Position numbers and translations under genes: made by a program. Below, in pieces: positions 9,702 to 20,040 of a stretch of DNA of 64,000 nt. This stretch comes from an uncultured virus (IMG/VR IMGVR_UViG_3300023116_006877) (lineage: Duplodnaviria; Heunggongvirae; Uroviricota; Caudoviricetes), in IMG/VR virus record IMGVR_UViG_3300023116_006877; one strand, given 5' to 3'. Every line of letters begins with the position of its first letter. Position 1 is the first letter of the stretch. The notes under the pieces were generated by a model. That model was not told the origin of the DNA. It searched no databases and saw only the letters and a list, made by a program, of their open reading frames with translations.

Positions 9702-11064
9702 TGTTTACAAATCAGATGCCGAGAAAGCCAAGGAAAAATTACTTTCAATTTCGCCTACGATGTGTCTAGCAAAATGGAATCAGGTGTCTTTACATCTACC
9801 CACTGGATTAACCAATTCATGTTATCATCCTCCACTGCATGAGATTGATAAAGATTCGCTGGCATCAAATCCAGCGGCATTGCACAACACCGAAGAAAAA
9901 ATTCGACAACGAAAACAAATGATCGCAGGTGAACGACCTGCAGGTTGCTCTTACTGTTGGAAAATGGAAGACACTGGCGAAATGAGTGACCGACACTATC
10001 GTTCTGGTGAGCCATGGGCCATGGAGGATTTTGATAAAATTAAGCAAGATCCTTTTAATACAACACATACTCCTCGTTATGTAGAAGTCAATTTTAACAA
10101 TGCCTGTAATTTTGCTTGTTCCTATTGTTCTCCTCAATTTTCAACAACGTGGGGTAAAGAAATCAATATGTACGGTGGATATCCTACATCACCTGTACAC
10201 AATGACCCGACACATTTCTCAGGAAGAAGACAACCCATACCAAATAGAGAATCTAATCCGTATGTGGAAGCATTCTGGAAATGGTGGCCTGAATTGTATA
10301 AGGGATTGAAACATTTTAGAATGACTGGAGGAGAGCCCATGATGGATGTGAACACTTACAAGGTATTTGATTACATCATAGATAATCCAAAAAAAGATCT
10401 ACACCTAAATGTAACTTCGAATATGTGTCCACCTGATCCCAAGTTAAAAACAAGATATTTTAATGCAGTTAGTCGTATTTGCCATGAAGAAAAAGTAGAA
10501 CATTTCATGCAGTTCGTCTCTGTAGATACCTGGGGTAAACAAGCAGAATATATTCGTAATGGTCTTGATTACAACAAAATGTTAGACAACGTAGATCATT
10601 TTTTGACAATGATTCCTGTACGTAATTCAGTTACCTTCATAATAACCTATAACAATCTTAGTGTCACGGGTCTAAGAAAGTTACTTGAAGATATCAAGCA
10701 TCTTCGAGAAAAACATTCAACCACGTATCAACGAGTATGGTTCGATATACCCATACTACGTCAACCAGAATGGCAACAAGTAACACTATTACCCGAATCG
10801 TATCAAGAGATACACAAAGACAATATCGAATGGATGAAATCGAATTCGGGAGAGAATCAAAAAGATTTTTCGTTGTTTAAAGATTTTGAAATACAAAAAA
10901 TGCAACGTAATCTTTCTTATTGGCAAAAAAATTATACCGATGATAAAAAACAAAAAAAGAATTTTTACACATTTTTTACAGAACACGATCGTAGACGAAG
11001 AACAAATTTTGAAAAAATATTTCCTGAAATGCGAGAGTTTTGGGAGGAGTGTAGAAACTCATGA
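9694..11064 (+). CDS. Radical SAM protein with N-terminal Cys-rich (twitch/SPASM-like) domain #1
   Basis: CNFACSYC and GGEP; N-terminal C..W / SCYH / CSYC; GTG start after GGAG. Confidence 0.85.
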   Translation: MSSVYKSDAEKAKEKLLSISPTMCLAKWNQVSLHLPTGLTNSCYHPPLHEIDKDSLASNPAALHNTEEKIRQRKQMIAGERPAGCSYCWKMEDTGEMSDRHYRSGEPWAMEDFDKIKQDPFNTTHTPRYVEVNFNNACNFACSYCSPQFSTTWGKEINMYGGYPTSPVHNDPTHFSGRRQPIPNRESNPYVEAFWKWWPELYKGLKHFRMTGGEPMMDVNTYKVFDYIIDNPKKDLHLNVTSNMCPPDPKLKTRYFNAVSRICHEEKVEHFMQFVSVDTWGKQAEYIRNGLDYNKMLDNVDHFLTMIPVRNSVTFIITYNNLSVTGLRKLLEDIKHLREKHSTTYQRVWFDIPILRQPEWQQVTLLPESYQEIHKDNIEWMKSNSGENQKDFSLFKDFEIQKMQRNLSYWQKNYTDDKKQKKNFYTFFTEHDRRRRTNFEKIFPEMREFWEECRNS

Positions 11065-11660
11065 GCACAATAGGTTTTTTTGGAGATAGTTTCTGTGCCA
11101 GCAATCAATCCGAGAGTTGGTGTAATATACTTCAAGAGAAATTAGGTTGTGATCGTATACGATGGTTTGGCGAACCTGGAAGAAGCATATGGAGTGTATT
11201 TTTTAGGTTTAACAAATTGATAGAACAAGATCGTGTTCCGGATTATTCGATATTTTGTTGGACAGAACCATATAGACTATACCATCCGAATTTGATATTG
11301 AGTGCCAACACAGAACCACTGGAAGGAGTAGACCCAGACATTTATAAAACACTGGAAAATTATTGGAAACATTTACACAATTATGACAAAGACGAATTAG
11401 CATACGAGTATGCTTTGAAATATTATGATCAACACGTTTTATCTAAATTACAAAACAAAAAAATAATACAGATGTGGAGTTTTAAACCATTTGAAACGGC
11501 AGACAAAAATGCCAATATAAAATTAACAACAGGAATATTCATCGATGAAAGTATGTTCAGTTTCAGTGGTGGCCGAGATCATTGGGGCAAAGGAAAAATA
11601 AATCATATGACGATTGAACAAAATAAACAGTGGGCAGAGAAAGTGTTTAAGTACATATAA
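11061..11660 (+). CDS. SGNH/GDSL hydrolase-like protein
   Basis: FFGDSF block I and C-terminal 'NHM'. Confidence 0.65.
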   Translation: MSTIGFFGDSFCASNQSESWCNILQEKLGCDRIRWFGEPGRSIWSVFFRFNKLIEQDRVPDYSIFCWTEPYRLYHPNLILSANTEPLEGVDPDIYKTLENYWKHLHNYDKDELAYEYALKYYDQHVLSKLQNKKIIQMWSFKPFETADKNANIKLTTGIFIDESMFSFSGGRDHWGKGKINHMTIEQNKQWAEKVFKYI

Positions 11661-13003
11661 TGAAAGATATAGATTACAAAAAACAGTTTTTAGATTCGAT
11701 ATCTCCATCGTTTTGTGGAGCAAAATGGTACAATGCTACCATATGGCTGGGATCTGGCATGACCACAAGTTGCCACCATCCGCCAGCACACAAAGTTGAT
11801 CTTGCTAAAGTAACGCAGAATCCAAAATTGTTACACAATACTCCGGAAAAGAAAAACGATCGTGCCAAAATGATCGCGGGAGAAAGACCCGCAGGTTGTG
11901 AATATTGTTGGAAGATAGAGGACATGAAAAGAGATGCTGTAAGCGATAGAGTATATAAAAGCAAAATATATTCTAATGCAGACATGATAACAGCAAGCCA
12001 GACTCCTATAACCGAAGATATCAATCTCAAAACTTTAGAAATTGCATTTGATAGAACTTGTAATTTTGCTTGTTCTTACTGTAATCCTGCATTTTCGTCG
12101 ACATGGGCAAACGACATCAAACAAAAAGGACCCTATACAGATTTAAAATCAGACGGACGTAATCATTTCACACATTCTCATGAAGAATCACAGCCGTATA
12201 AATTGAATGAGACCAATCCGTATGTGGAAGCATTTTTTAAATGGTGGGATTCGGACCTACATAAAACTTTAGATGAACTAAGAATAACAGGTGGAGAACC
12301 AATGATGTCTCCTCACCTATGGAGATTGCTAGATTGGATAGAAACCCAAGGTGATAAAATGAATCCAGATATGCGTATTGCTATCAATTCTAATCTAGGA
12401 GCAAAACAAAGCATAATCGATGATTTTAAAACTAAACTAAAAGGATTTAAAAACTTTCATTTATACACCAGTAATGAAGCAACTTTTAAACAAGCAGAAT
12501 ATATCAGAGATGGATTGGATTATGGAGATTGGTTCAGCAGAGTGTTACACATGATGGTAGATAAAGTGCCGGTAGAGATCCACAATATGTGTACAATCAA
12601 TGCATTATGTTTAGAGTCGTTACCGGAATTTCTTGAAAAGATTGTTTGGTTCAAACATTCTAGCAAGGTCTATGGACCAAAGATTAATTACACACTCAAC
12701 ATATTAAGATTTCCTAGTTTCCAATCACCGTTAGTATTGCCCGACGAATTAAGAAACAGATTTAAAGGTGACATTGAAAAATTTTTAACGAACAACGAAA
12801 AATGGTTGGAACAAATGGAAATAAATCACACAACACGATTAATAGATTACCTTGATGTGGTCAAAACACCACACGCAGGTGCGGCCACACAGGATAAATT
12901 ACAAAAAGATTTTAAGGCATTTTATAGTCAATATGACAAACGTAGGGGCAAGGATTTCAAAAAAACTTTCCCAATTATAGGAGAATGGTACAATGGCATA
13001 TGA
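11660..13003 (+). CDS. Radical SAM protein #2
   Basis: CNFACSYC and GGEP; close paralog of #1. Confidence 0.85.
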   Translation: MKDIDYKKQFLDSISPSFCGAKWYNATIWLGSGMTTSCHHPPAHKVDLAKVTQNPKLLHNTPEKKNDRAKMIAGERPAGCEYCWKIEDMKRDAVSDRVYKSKIYSNADMITASQTPITEDINLKTLEIAFDRTCNFACSYCNPAFSSTWANDIKQKGPYTDLKSDGRNHFTHSHEESQPYKLNETNPYVEAFFKWWDSDLHKTLDELRITGGEPMMSPHLWRLLDWIETQGDKMNPDMRIAINSNLGAKQSIIDDFKTKLKGFKNFHLYTSNEATFKQAEYIRDGLDYGDWFSRVLHMMVDKVPVEIHNMCTINALCLESLPEFLEKIVWFKHSSKVYGPKINYTLNILRFPSFQSPLVLPDELRNRFKGDIEKFLTNNEKWLEQMEINHTTRLIDYLDVVKTPHAGAATQDKLQKDFKAFYSQYDKRRGKDFKKTFPIIGEWYNGI

Positions 13004-14285
13004 GTACGGGGCCAAAGAGCCTGAAAAATTAAAAATAAAAGACATGACCGATAGGGAGAAAGAGTTACTGATCGAAAGTGACACTTTCTGTATACTACCT
13101 TGGATGCATCTTCATGCATATCCTGATGGCAGAGCGTATCCTTGTTGTTTTGCGTTTGATCCTTATCCGGTGGGAAATCTAAATGAAAACAGCATGGAAG
13201 AAGTTTTCAACGGTGACAAAATGAAAGACATGAGAATACGTATGCTGAACAATCAGAAATCTCGAGAATGTATGAAATGTTACGATCAAGAGAAATCTGG
13301 ATTTTTTAGCCTACGTCTAAGTTCTAACAAACATTTTGGTCATAACATTCCGTTAGTACACAACACGCTTCCAGACGGCAAAGCAGATTTTGTTATGAAA
13401 TATTGGGATATACGTTTTTCAAATTTATGTAACATGGCTTGTAGGAGTTGCGGAACATGGTTCAGTAGTAACTGGTATGAAGATCACAAAAAACTTACAG
13501 GTAGTCCTCCTCCACACGCCAAGGTAATGAAAGTTGGTAGAAGCACAAATGATCTATGGGAACAGATGCTAGAACAGTTTGAGCACACAGAACAGTTTTA
13601 TTTTGCTGGTGGAGAGCCAATAATAATGGAAGAACATTATCGTATTTTAAAAGAACTAGACAAACGTAAAATGTATCATGTTAGGCTTATATACAATACC
13701 AACTTTAGTAGAACGACATTTAAGGACATAGATGTTTTTGAATTATGGAATAAATTTGATTCAGTGTCAGTTGGAGCCAGTCTCGATGCCGAGGGTCCTA
13801 GAGCAGAATTAATGCGTAAAGGCACAGTGTGGGAACAAACAATAGCCAATAGAAAGCGTATGATGGAAATATGTCCGCAAGTGGACTTTTATATCAGTTC
13901 AACGGTGGGACTTATAAACAGTCTTCATGTCACTGATTTCCATAAAAGTTGGGTAGAACAAGGTCTGATTAAACCACAAGATTTTAATTTTAATTTATTA
14001 CAACATCCTATATGGCAACGGATGGACATATTGCCGCCGGAATATAAAGAACAAGTGAAAGAGAAATACAATGAACACATCAAATGGTTGAAGGACCAGG
14101 ATTCCCTTACTAGGGCAACAAAAGGTTTTGAATCTGCATTGGATTGGATGTTCTCAACAGATAACCAAAAACATCTAGATCTATTTTTTGTTAATACACG
14201 GAGATATGATAAGATAAGAAATGAAAATACTCTTGAAATATTTCCAGAATGGAAAGAGTTATTTGACAAATATGAAAAAAATTAA
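12993..14285 (+). CDS. Radical SAM protein #3
   Basis: CNMACRSC and GGEP; N-terminal CILPW...PCC...CMKC twitch-like domain. Confidence 0.85.
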   Translation: MAYEYGAKEPEKLKIKDMTDREKELLIESDTFCILPWMHLHAYPDGRAYPCCFAFDPYPVGNLNENSMEEVFNGDKMKDMRIRMLNNQKSRECMKCYDQEKSGFFSLRLSSNKHFGHNIPLVHNTLPDGKADFVMKYWDIRFSNLCNMACRSCGTWFSSNWYEDHKKLTGSPPPHAKVMKVGRSTNDLWEQMLEQFEHTEQFYFAGGEPIIMEEHYRILKELDKRKMYHVRLIYNTNFSRTTFKDIDVFELWNKFDSVSVGASLDAEGPRAELMRKGTVWEQTIANRKRMMEICPQVDFYISSTVGLINSLHVTDFHKSWVEQGLIKPQDFNFNLLQHPIWQRMDILPPEYKEQVKEKYNEHIKWLKDQDSLTRATKGFESALDWMFSTDNQKHLDLFFVNTRRYDKIRNENTLEIFPEWKELFDKYEKN

Positions 14286-15585
14286 GCCTAACGAAGGCAA
14301 TAAAACATTTTGTATGGCGCCTTGGACGCACACATACCTTTCTCCACAAACAGAAAGGCGTATGTGTTGTGCTTCAAGAGAACCAGCACAAAGTTTTAAG
14401 CAGTACATAGATACAGGAAATGATGCCAATGAGTATAAACCTCTAACGTTAGAAGAACATTGGAATTCAGAACATATGCGTTCTGTGAGACGAAGAATGC
14501 TAGCCGGAGAAGAATTATCCGAATGCCAGGTATGTGATCATAAACTGTTGAATACAAATGTCTATAGATCTTATTGGAACAAACTCTTTGCTAATAAAAT
14601 AGACGAAGCATTTGAAAGCACAGACGAAAACGGAGCAACCACAATGCCTACGATAAGTTTTGATTATAGATTTAATAATCTATGTAATTTCAAATGTAGA
14701 ATGTGCGGAGATATGTTGAGTTCCAGTTGGGAAGCCGAGTCGAGGAAAAACAAAACATGGAACGAAGATTCTCAACCATGGATGGCTTCTCCGTTGCGTG
14801 AACAAATTAAAAATTTTCAAGACACACAAATAGTACAAGAGTTTACTGATGCGATAGAAACAAAAAAAATAAAAGAAATATATTGGTGTGGCGGAGAACC
14901 GTTGATGTGGGAAATACACTGGAACAGTATGCAAAGGATAATTGATTTGGGATTTTCAAAGGATGTTTATGTTAGATATAATACCAATTTAAGTAGAACA
15001 ACATTTAAGAATATTGATCTTTTTAAGTTGTTGCCACAGTTTCAGGATTGGCAAATATGTGCTTCGATCGACGGAACAGGAGATGTGGGAGAATACATAC
15101 GTGATGGATTGAATTACAAAGAATGGTTAGGTAATTTTAAAAAAGGATTGGCGGTAGCAAAAACATCAAGGGAAATGAGATTAGATTTCACAATCACAAT
15201 GCCAGGATTATTAGAATTAAAAAATATGTTTGATCTGAGCCAGGAATTAGATGTAGAAATATTGACCAAAGTGATGTTCACTTTTAGTGCATCGGCTGTG
15301 TTGAGTCCGTTGGCATTGCCTAGAGAACTCATGTGCGAAATTATAGATGAAGCATTAGAATACATGGAACCAAAGGCAAACAGAAAACAACAGGCATTGA
15401 TAGACACTCTCAAAAATTTAAAGATGAGAGAAAATATCGATGATATGTTTTTGGGATTTGATGCTTTCAGGGGAAAAAAGAGTGGTAAGAGCAGACAAGA
15501 ATCAATCGATAAATTAAGGAATCAAGACATAACAAAAATACTTGAAAAAGATAAAAGGATATTAGACTGGTGGAAAAATATTTAA
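14272..15585 (+). CDS. Radical SAM protein #4
   Basis: CNFKCRMC and GGEP; N-terminal CMAPW...MCC...CQVC. Confidence 0.85.
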   Translation: MKKIKPNEGNKTFCMAPWTHTYLSPQTERRMCCASREPAQSFKQYIDTGNDANEYKPLTLEEHWNSEHMRSVRRRMLAGEELSECQVCDHKLLNTNVYRSYWNKLFANKIDEAFESTDENGATTMPTISFDYRFNNLCNFKCRMCGDMLSSSWEAESRKNKTWNEDSQPWMASPLREQIKNFQDTQIVQEFTDAIETKKIKEIYWCGGEPLMWEIHWNSMQRIIDLGFSKDVYVRYNTNLSRTTFKNIDLFKLLPQFQDWQICASIDGTGDVGEYIRDGLNYKEWLGNFKKGLAVAKTSREMRLDFTITMPGLLELKNMFDLSQELDVEILTKVMFTFSASAVLSPLALPRELMCEIIDEALEYMEPKANRKQQALIDTLKNLKMRENIDDMFLGFDAFRGKKSGKSRQESIDKLRNQDITKILEKDKRILDWWKNI

Positions 15586-16769
15586 AAAGTAATATGTGTC
15601 ATCTTCCATGGACTAGTTTAGAAACTAGGCCCGATGGCAGGTACAAGCCTTGCTGTTTGTATAGGGAAGAATTGAAAGACACTTCCGGGAAAAAATACAA
15701 TACAACGGAACATTCGATATCGGAAGTAATGAATTCCGATGCCATGGATGATTTGAGAAAACAATTTTTAAATGGAGAAAAACCCAGTAGTTGTAGCAGT
15801 TGTTGGAAAGAAGAAGCAGTAGGTAAAACTTCAAAGAGACAACATATGTGGTTAAAGGCAGGAGTAATAGGTCAAACTCATATACAAAAAAATATAGTTT
15901 CGCCTAGATTTATTGATTTAAAGTTAGGGAATATTTGTAATCTAAAATGTAGAATATGTTCGCCTCACTCAAGTTCTCAATGGACGAACGACATGATCAG
16001 GATAGACCCAAACAGAAAAGACTATTGGAAAAAATTCAATCGAGATGGATTATGGCCAAGACAGCCTAACAAATTTTATGAAGATCTAGAGAAGCACATA
16101 GACTCGATAAGATTTTTTGAGATCACGGGCGGAGAGCCATTAATGATAAAAGAGCAATTTTCAATTTTACGTAAGTGTGTGGAAGCAGGAGTGGCAGATA
16201 AAATAGAAGTTCATTACAACACCAATGGTACACAGTATCCGGAAGAAGCAGTAAAAGACATTTGGCCACATTTTAAAAGGGTAGAAATAGCATTCAGCAT
16301 TGACGATATTGAAAAACGTTTTGAGTATCAAAGACATCCTGCTGTATGGACAGAAGTTGATTCAAACATAAATCGATTTTTAAATTCAGGATTAAAAAAT
16401 CTTTCTACGCAGATATGCACAACTCTAAATTTTTTTAACATATGGAACATTGACGAGTTAGCACATAAAGTAAAAGAATGGAATCCAGATTTTTGGTACA
16501 TAAACATATTGCATCATCCTGTGGAGTTTGATATACAACAGATTCCTAGAGAGCTCAAGCAACAGATAATTGACAAACTTAGAAAAACTGAAATATACCA
16601 ACAAGAAATACAGACGGCTATTGACTATATTAACGGAGAACCTGACTACAAGATTAAGGATTGGAAAAAAGCATTAACTGAAAAAATAAAATCAATCGAT
16701 TCCGTCAGGAAAGAAAATTTTGGAGAAACTTTTAAGGATTTAAATAATCTATTAAAGATTTATGAGTGA
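15570..16769 (+). CDS. Radical SAM protein #5
   Basis: CNLKCRIC and GGEP; N-terminal CHLPW...PCC...CSSC. Confidence 0.85.
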   Translation: MEKYLKSNMCHLPWTSLETRPDGRYKPCCLYREELKDTSGKKYNTTEHSISEVMNSDAMDDLRKQFLNGEKPSSCSSCWKEEAVGKTSKRQHMWLKAGVIGQTHIQKNIVSPRFIDLKLGNICNLKCRICSPHSSSQWTNDMIRIDPNRKDYWKKFNRDGLWPRQPNKFYEDLEKHIDSIRFFEITGGEPLMIKEQFSILRKCVEAGVADKIEVHYNTNGTQYPEEAVKDIWPHFKRVEIAFSIDDIEKRFEYQRHPAVWTEVDSNINRFLNSGLKNLSTQICTTLNFFNIWNIDELAHKVKEWNPDFWYINILHHPVEFDIQQIPRELKQQIIDKLRKTEIYQQEIQTAIDYINGEPDYKIKDWKKALTEKIKSIDSVRKENFGETFKDLNNLLKIYE

Positions 16770-17571
16770 CGTATTGGTAGCAGGTGGTTGTAGTTTTACA
16801 TTTGGTAACGAATTATCTGACGACGATGGTATCAATCCTTCAAAAATGTCATGGGCGGCATTGTTGTCACAACAAACAGGCATGGATTTTGTCAATTCGG
16901 CAAAAGGAGGGTTAGGGAACTCCGGTATAGCCAGAAGGGTGTTCAACGCAGTTTCGGACAACGATAACAGAAAGGTTGCTGTGACTGTCATGTGGACTTT
17001 TCCTTCACGTTATGATTGGGCGATGCCTAGACATAACATATTAGAAGATACTCGTTGGGCCACTATAACCCCCTGGGACTGTACAGAAAACGAAGCAGAA
17101 GTATTAAAAACTTTGATAGGTAATGATTCAGTAATACGAGATTTTAAAAAAAGAAGAAAAGAGTTTTCTGATGCGAAAGTCACAGCATTTGCCGATTCAC
17201 TTTATAAGAATGCGGCAAATCGTTATCATGAAACATATCTAAGTTGGAAAAGCATCGTTTGGTTACAAAATATATTAGAAAAAAAGAAAATACCATTTAT
17301 GTTTACACTCGCCGATAACACATTATTCTGGGAAGAATTTGAATTATTATACCAAAACGACAAATTATTAAAAAATCTTTTAAAAGAAATAGATTTTACC
17401 AAATGGTTCACTTTTGGAGACAGGCATATGGGATTTAACCAATGGGCACTTTTAAATGACTATCCGAGAGCATCAACTCATCCGCTTGACCAAGCACATA
17501 AAGATGCTATAATGTTAATGTTACCCGAATTTAAAAAAATAATAGGAGAAAAAAATGATCAAATGGATTAG
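16762..17571 (+). CDS. SGNH-like protein
   Basis: GCSFTFG block I, GxGN and C-terminal 'HP..AH'. Confidence 0.65.
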   Translation: MSDVLVAGGCSFTFGNELSDDDGINPSKMSWAALLSQQTGMDFVNSAKGGLGNSGIARRVFNAVSDNDNRKVAVTVMWTFPSRYDWAMPRHNILEDTRWATITPWDCTENEAEVLKTLIGNDSVIRDFKKRRKEFSDAKVTAFADSLYKNAANRYHETYLSWKSIVWLQNILEKKKIPFMFTLADNTLFWEEFELLYQNDKLLKNLLKEIDFTKWFTFGDRHMGFNQWALLNDYPRASTHPLDQAHKDAIMLMLPEFKKIIGEKNDQMD

Positions 17572-17659
17572 GTCTTTGATTGATAAAGTAAAGCAACAAA
17601 TTGCTTATAGAAAAAGACTAAAAGAATTAAAGAAAAAAGACCCTTTTATTTACAAGTAA
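17555..17659 (+). CDS. Small basic protein (34 aa); absent from ORF track
   Basis: MIKWIRSLIDKVKQQIAYRKRLKELKKKDPFIYK, with AGGAG RBS and an upstream TTGACC-16-TATAAT (17486-17513). Confidence 0.7.
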   Translation: MIKWIRSLIDKVKQQIAYRKRLKELKKKDPFIYK

Positions 17660-17660
17660 A

Positions 17661-18323
17661 ATGAAAACAGTACACAATTGGTTTTTGCCAGACTATGATG
17701 TTCATTATGAAGAATGGATGCGTATCAACAATGAAACAACGTATCAACGCCTTCAACGAGAATATGCATTGGCCAGAGTAAAACAATTTCGAAAAGCAAT
17801 TGATATAGGTGGCAATATTGGATTTTGGAGCAAAGATTTTTGTAATAAGTTCAATGAAGTGATAATTTTTGAACCGGATCCGTCAAATATTAAATGTCTT
17901 AAAGAAAATTTAAAAACCTATAAAAACTTCACTTTACATGAAGTTGGTTTAGGTAGTAAAGAAGAAGTCAAAGAATTTTATATCAGTCCTACAACATCAG
18001 GAGGACATAGTTTTTTTAGAGATCAAATATTTGAAGATAATGTTGATAAATCTGAATTACAAGTAAAAAAATTAGATGATTTTAAATTTACCGATGTTGA
18101 TCTAATAAAGATTGATACACAAGGCAGTGAATACGACATCTTATTAGGCGGCGAAGAAACACTACGAAATAATGACTGTGTATTGAACGTGGAAATAGAA
18201 CATAAAAATGAAGCACAAAGAAGAAAAGGAAAACAAATAATAGAGTTTTTAGACAGTGTGGGATATAAAGAATTTGGGAGATCAAGAAAAAAAGAAGTAG
18301 TTTTTACAAAATGGAAAAATTAA
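17661..18323 (+). CDS. FkbM-family methyltransferase
   Basis: IDIGGNIG, FEP and 'DLIKIDTQGSE'. Confidence 0.85.
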   Translation: MKTVHNWFLPDYDVHYEEWMRINNETTYQRLQREYALARVKQFRKAIDIGGNIGFWSKDFCNKFNEVIIFEPDPSNIKCLKENLKTYKNFTLHEVGLGSKEEVKEFYISPTTSGGHSFFRDQIFEDNVDKSELQVKKLDDFKFTDVDLIKIDTQGSEYDILLGGEETLRNNDCVLNVEIEHKNEAQRRKGKQIIEFLDSVGYKEFGRSRKKEVVFTKWKN

Positions 18324-18874
18324 AAGAAAAAATAAACAATATTTTTCGAAAGAATTCTAAATTTAATTTGATCGAAATGAATGATATAGATATAACAGAG
18401 GATCCGGTGAGACCGGAATTGTCTCTCACATTTCGTACTATCTACGGAAGAAAAATTTATGGACTCAAAAACAAAAATGGTGATATCATGGCAATCATAT
18501 GCATAGCATTCACAAATGAAATCCCCACAACAGTCGAAGAACTAGATATGTTGAGTCGTGATGCGGCCGGTCCGTCGGTGTTGCGGGCAGGCATAGTGGG
18601 AAAAATAGCAGTTGCTTATACAGTTTGGGCCAAAATGAAAGGTGGCGGAAAACACATATTAAACGAAATTTTTAAAAAATTTAAAAGAGAACAACACATA
18701 GAAAGATTAGTCACTTTAAGTCCTTTGACAGAAATGGCCGAAAGGTTTCATATAAAGAACGGAGCAAAACTATTACAACGCAACGACACAACACAAAATT
18801 TTGAATATGACATTACACTGGAACAATGGAACAAGTATTTAGAAAGAGCGAAAGGGTTTTTTAAACTAAAATGA
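18311..18874 (+). CDS. GNAT-fold protein resembling malonyl-CoA decarboxylase catalytic domain
   Basis: 'AVAYTVW...GGGKHIL...RLVTLSP' parallels the MCD pattern 'A.FYSI...GNFLIK...F.TLSP'. Confidence 0.45.
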   Translation: MEKLKEKINNIFRKNSKFNLIEMNDIDITEDPVRPELSLTFRTIYGRKIYGLKNKNGDIMAIICIAFTNEIPTTVEELDMLSRDAAGPSVLRAGIVGKIAVAYTVWAKMKGGGKHILNEIFKKFKREQHIERLVTLSPLTEMAERFHIKNGAKLLQRNDTTQNFEYDITLEQWNKYLERAKGFFKLK

Positions 18875-19308
18875 AAATATTGATAATGGGACTACCCGGA
18901 TCGGGCAAAACTACATTGGCAAAAATGATAGCACCAAGGTTGAATGCTGTATGGCTAAATGCTGACAAGATAAGAGAAGAATGCAATGATTGGGATTTCT
19001 CAGACGAAGGCAGAAAGAGACAAGCACTGAGGATGTGGACGTACGCCGAAGAGGCGTTAGACAAAGGCAGAGTTGTGATCGCTGATTTTGTTTGCCCCAC
19101 TGAAGAAACAAGAGCACAATTCAAAGCAGATTATCTGATATGGATGGACACAATCAAAGAGGGTAGATTTGAGGACACCAACAAACTTTTTCAGCCACCG
19201 ACAACGTTTGATTTTAGATGTACATCAAAAGATGCTGAGACTTGGGCATTTTTGATAACACAGGAAATACGAGATATAATATGGGAGAAGAAAAATGTGG
19301 GACAATAA
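18871..19308 (+). CDS. Adenylyl-sulfate kinase-like P-loop kinase
   Basis: GLPGSGKTT, 'NADKIR...DFS..GR..QA.RM' and 'ADFVCP'. Confidence 0.75.
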   Translation: MKILIMGLPGSGKTTLAKMIAPRLNAVWLNADKIREECNDWDFSDEGRKRQALRMWTYAEEALDKGRVVIADFVCPTEETRAQFKADYLIWMDTIKEGRFEDTNKLFQPPTTFDFRCTSKDAETWAFLITQEIRDIIWEKKNVGQ

Positions 19309-19660
19309 AAAACCAACAGCACAAATGCTAGGAAGATGGCAACCGTTCCATGACGGGCACTATAAATTGTTCCAGGAGATACACAAAAAAACAGGGCAGG
19401 TATTGATAATGGTCAGAGATGTGCAAGGTGTTGATGACAATCCATTTGATTTTGAAACTGTTAAGAAAAATATTGAGGAAAGGCTCAATCCCAAGTTTGA
19501 AGGGCAGTTCAAAGTGATACTAGTACCCAACATAACAAACATATGTTATGGCAGGGGTGTGGGTTACAAAATAGAAGAAATAGTGTTAGATGAAGAAACT
19601 CAAAAGATATCCGCAACAAATATAAGACAACAGATGCGTGATCGTGGAGAACTGATATGA
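19295..19660 (+). CDS. HxGH nucleotidyltransferase (cytidylyltransferase-like)
   Basis: GRWQPFHDGH and 'ISATNIR' motifs. Confidence 0.8.
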   Translation: MWDNKKPTAQMLGRWQPFHDGHYKLFQEIHKKTGQVLIMVRDVQGVDDNPFDFETVKKNIEERLNPKFEGQFKVILVPNITNICYGRGVGYKIEEIVLDEETQKISATNIRQQMRDRGELI

Positions 19661-20040
19661 GAGAAGATCTAATGGTACAACAGCAGGTCAAAAACAAATG
19701 GCAACACATGGTGGGTGTTATCTGCCTCAATCAAACTTACAGAAAACAAGCCAAACGTGTTTTAAGTGAATTATTCAAACGATATCCGAATGCCAAAAGT
19801 TATCTCAAAGGTAGATTATCAGCACAGCAAAAATTATTAAAACCTTTGGGAATGTGGCGTGTGAGATCGGAAAGATTGAGAAAAATGAGCGAGCAATTTT
19901 TAAACTGGAATGGTGAAGATGCGTCGGATCTACACGGAATAGGAAAATATGGCAGTGATAGTTATAGGATATTTTACAAAAATGAAATACCTACTGATGT
20001 ACAGGATAAAGAATTAAAAAAATATATAGAATCTTTATGA
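19657..20040 (+). CDS. MBD4-like HhH-GPD DNA glycosylase
   Basis: 'LNQT', 'LKPLG', 'LHGIGKYGSDSYRIF' and 'QDKEL' match the MBD4 glycosylase-domain motifs as I recall them. Confidence 0.8.
   Translation: MREDLMVQQQVKNKWQHMVGVICLNQTYRKQAKRVLSELFKRYPNAKSYLKGRLSAQQKLLKPLGMWRVRSERLRKMSEQFLNWNGEDASDLHGIGKYGSDSYRIFYKNEIPTDVQDKELKKYIESL

Noticed and set aside
17555..17659. RiPP precursor for the radical SAM array
   Set aside because: No Cys or leader/core pattern, and no RRE, protease or transporter nearby; the context is sugar-related.
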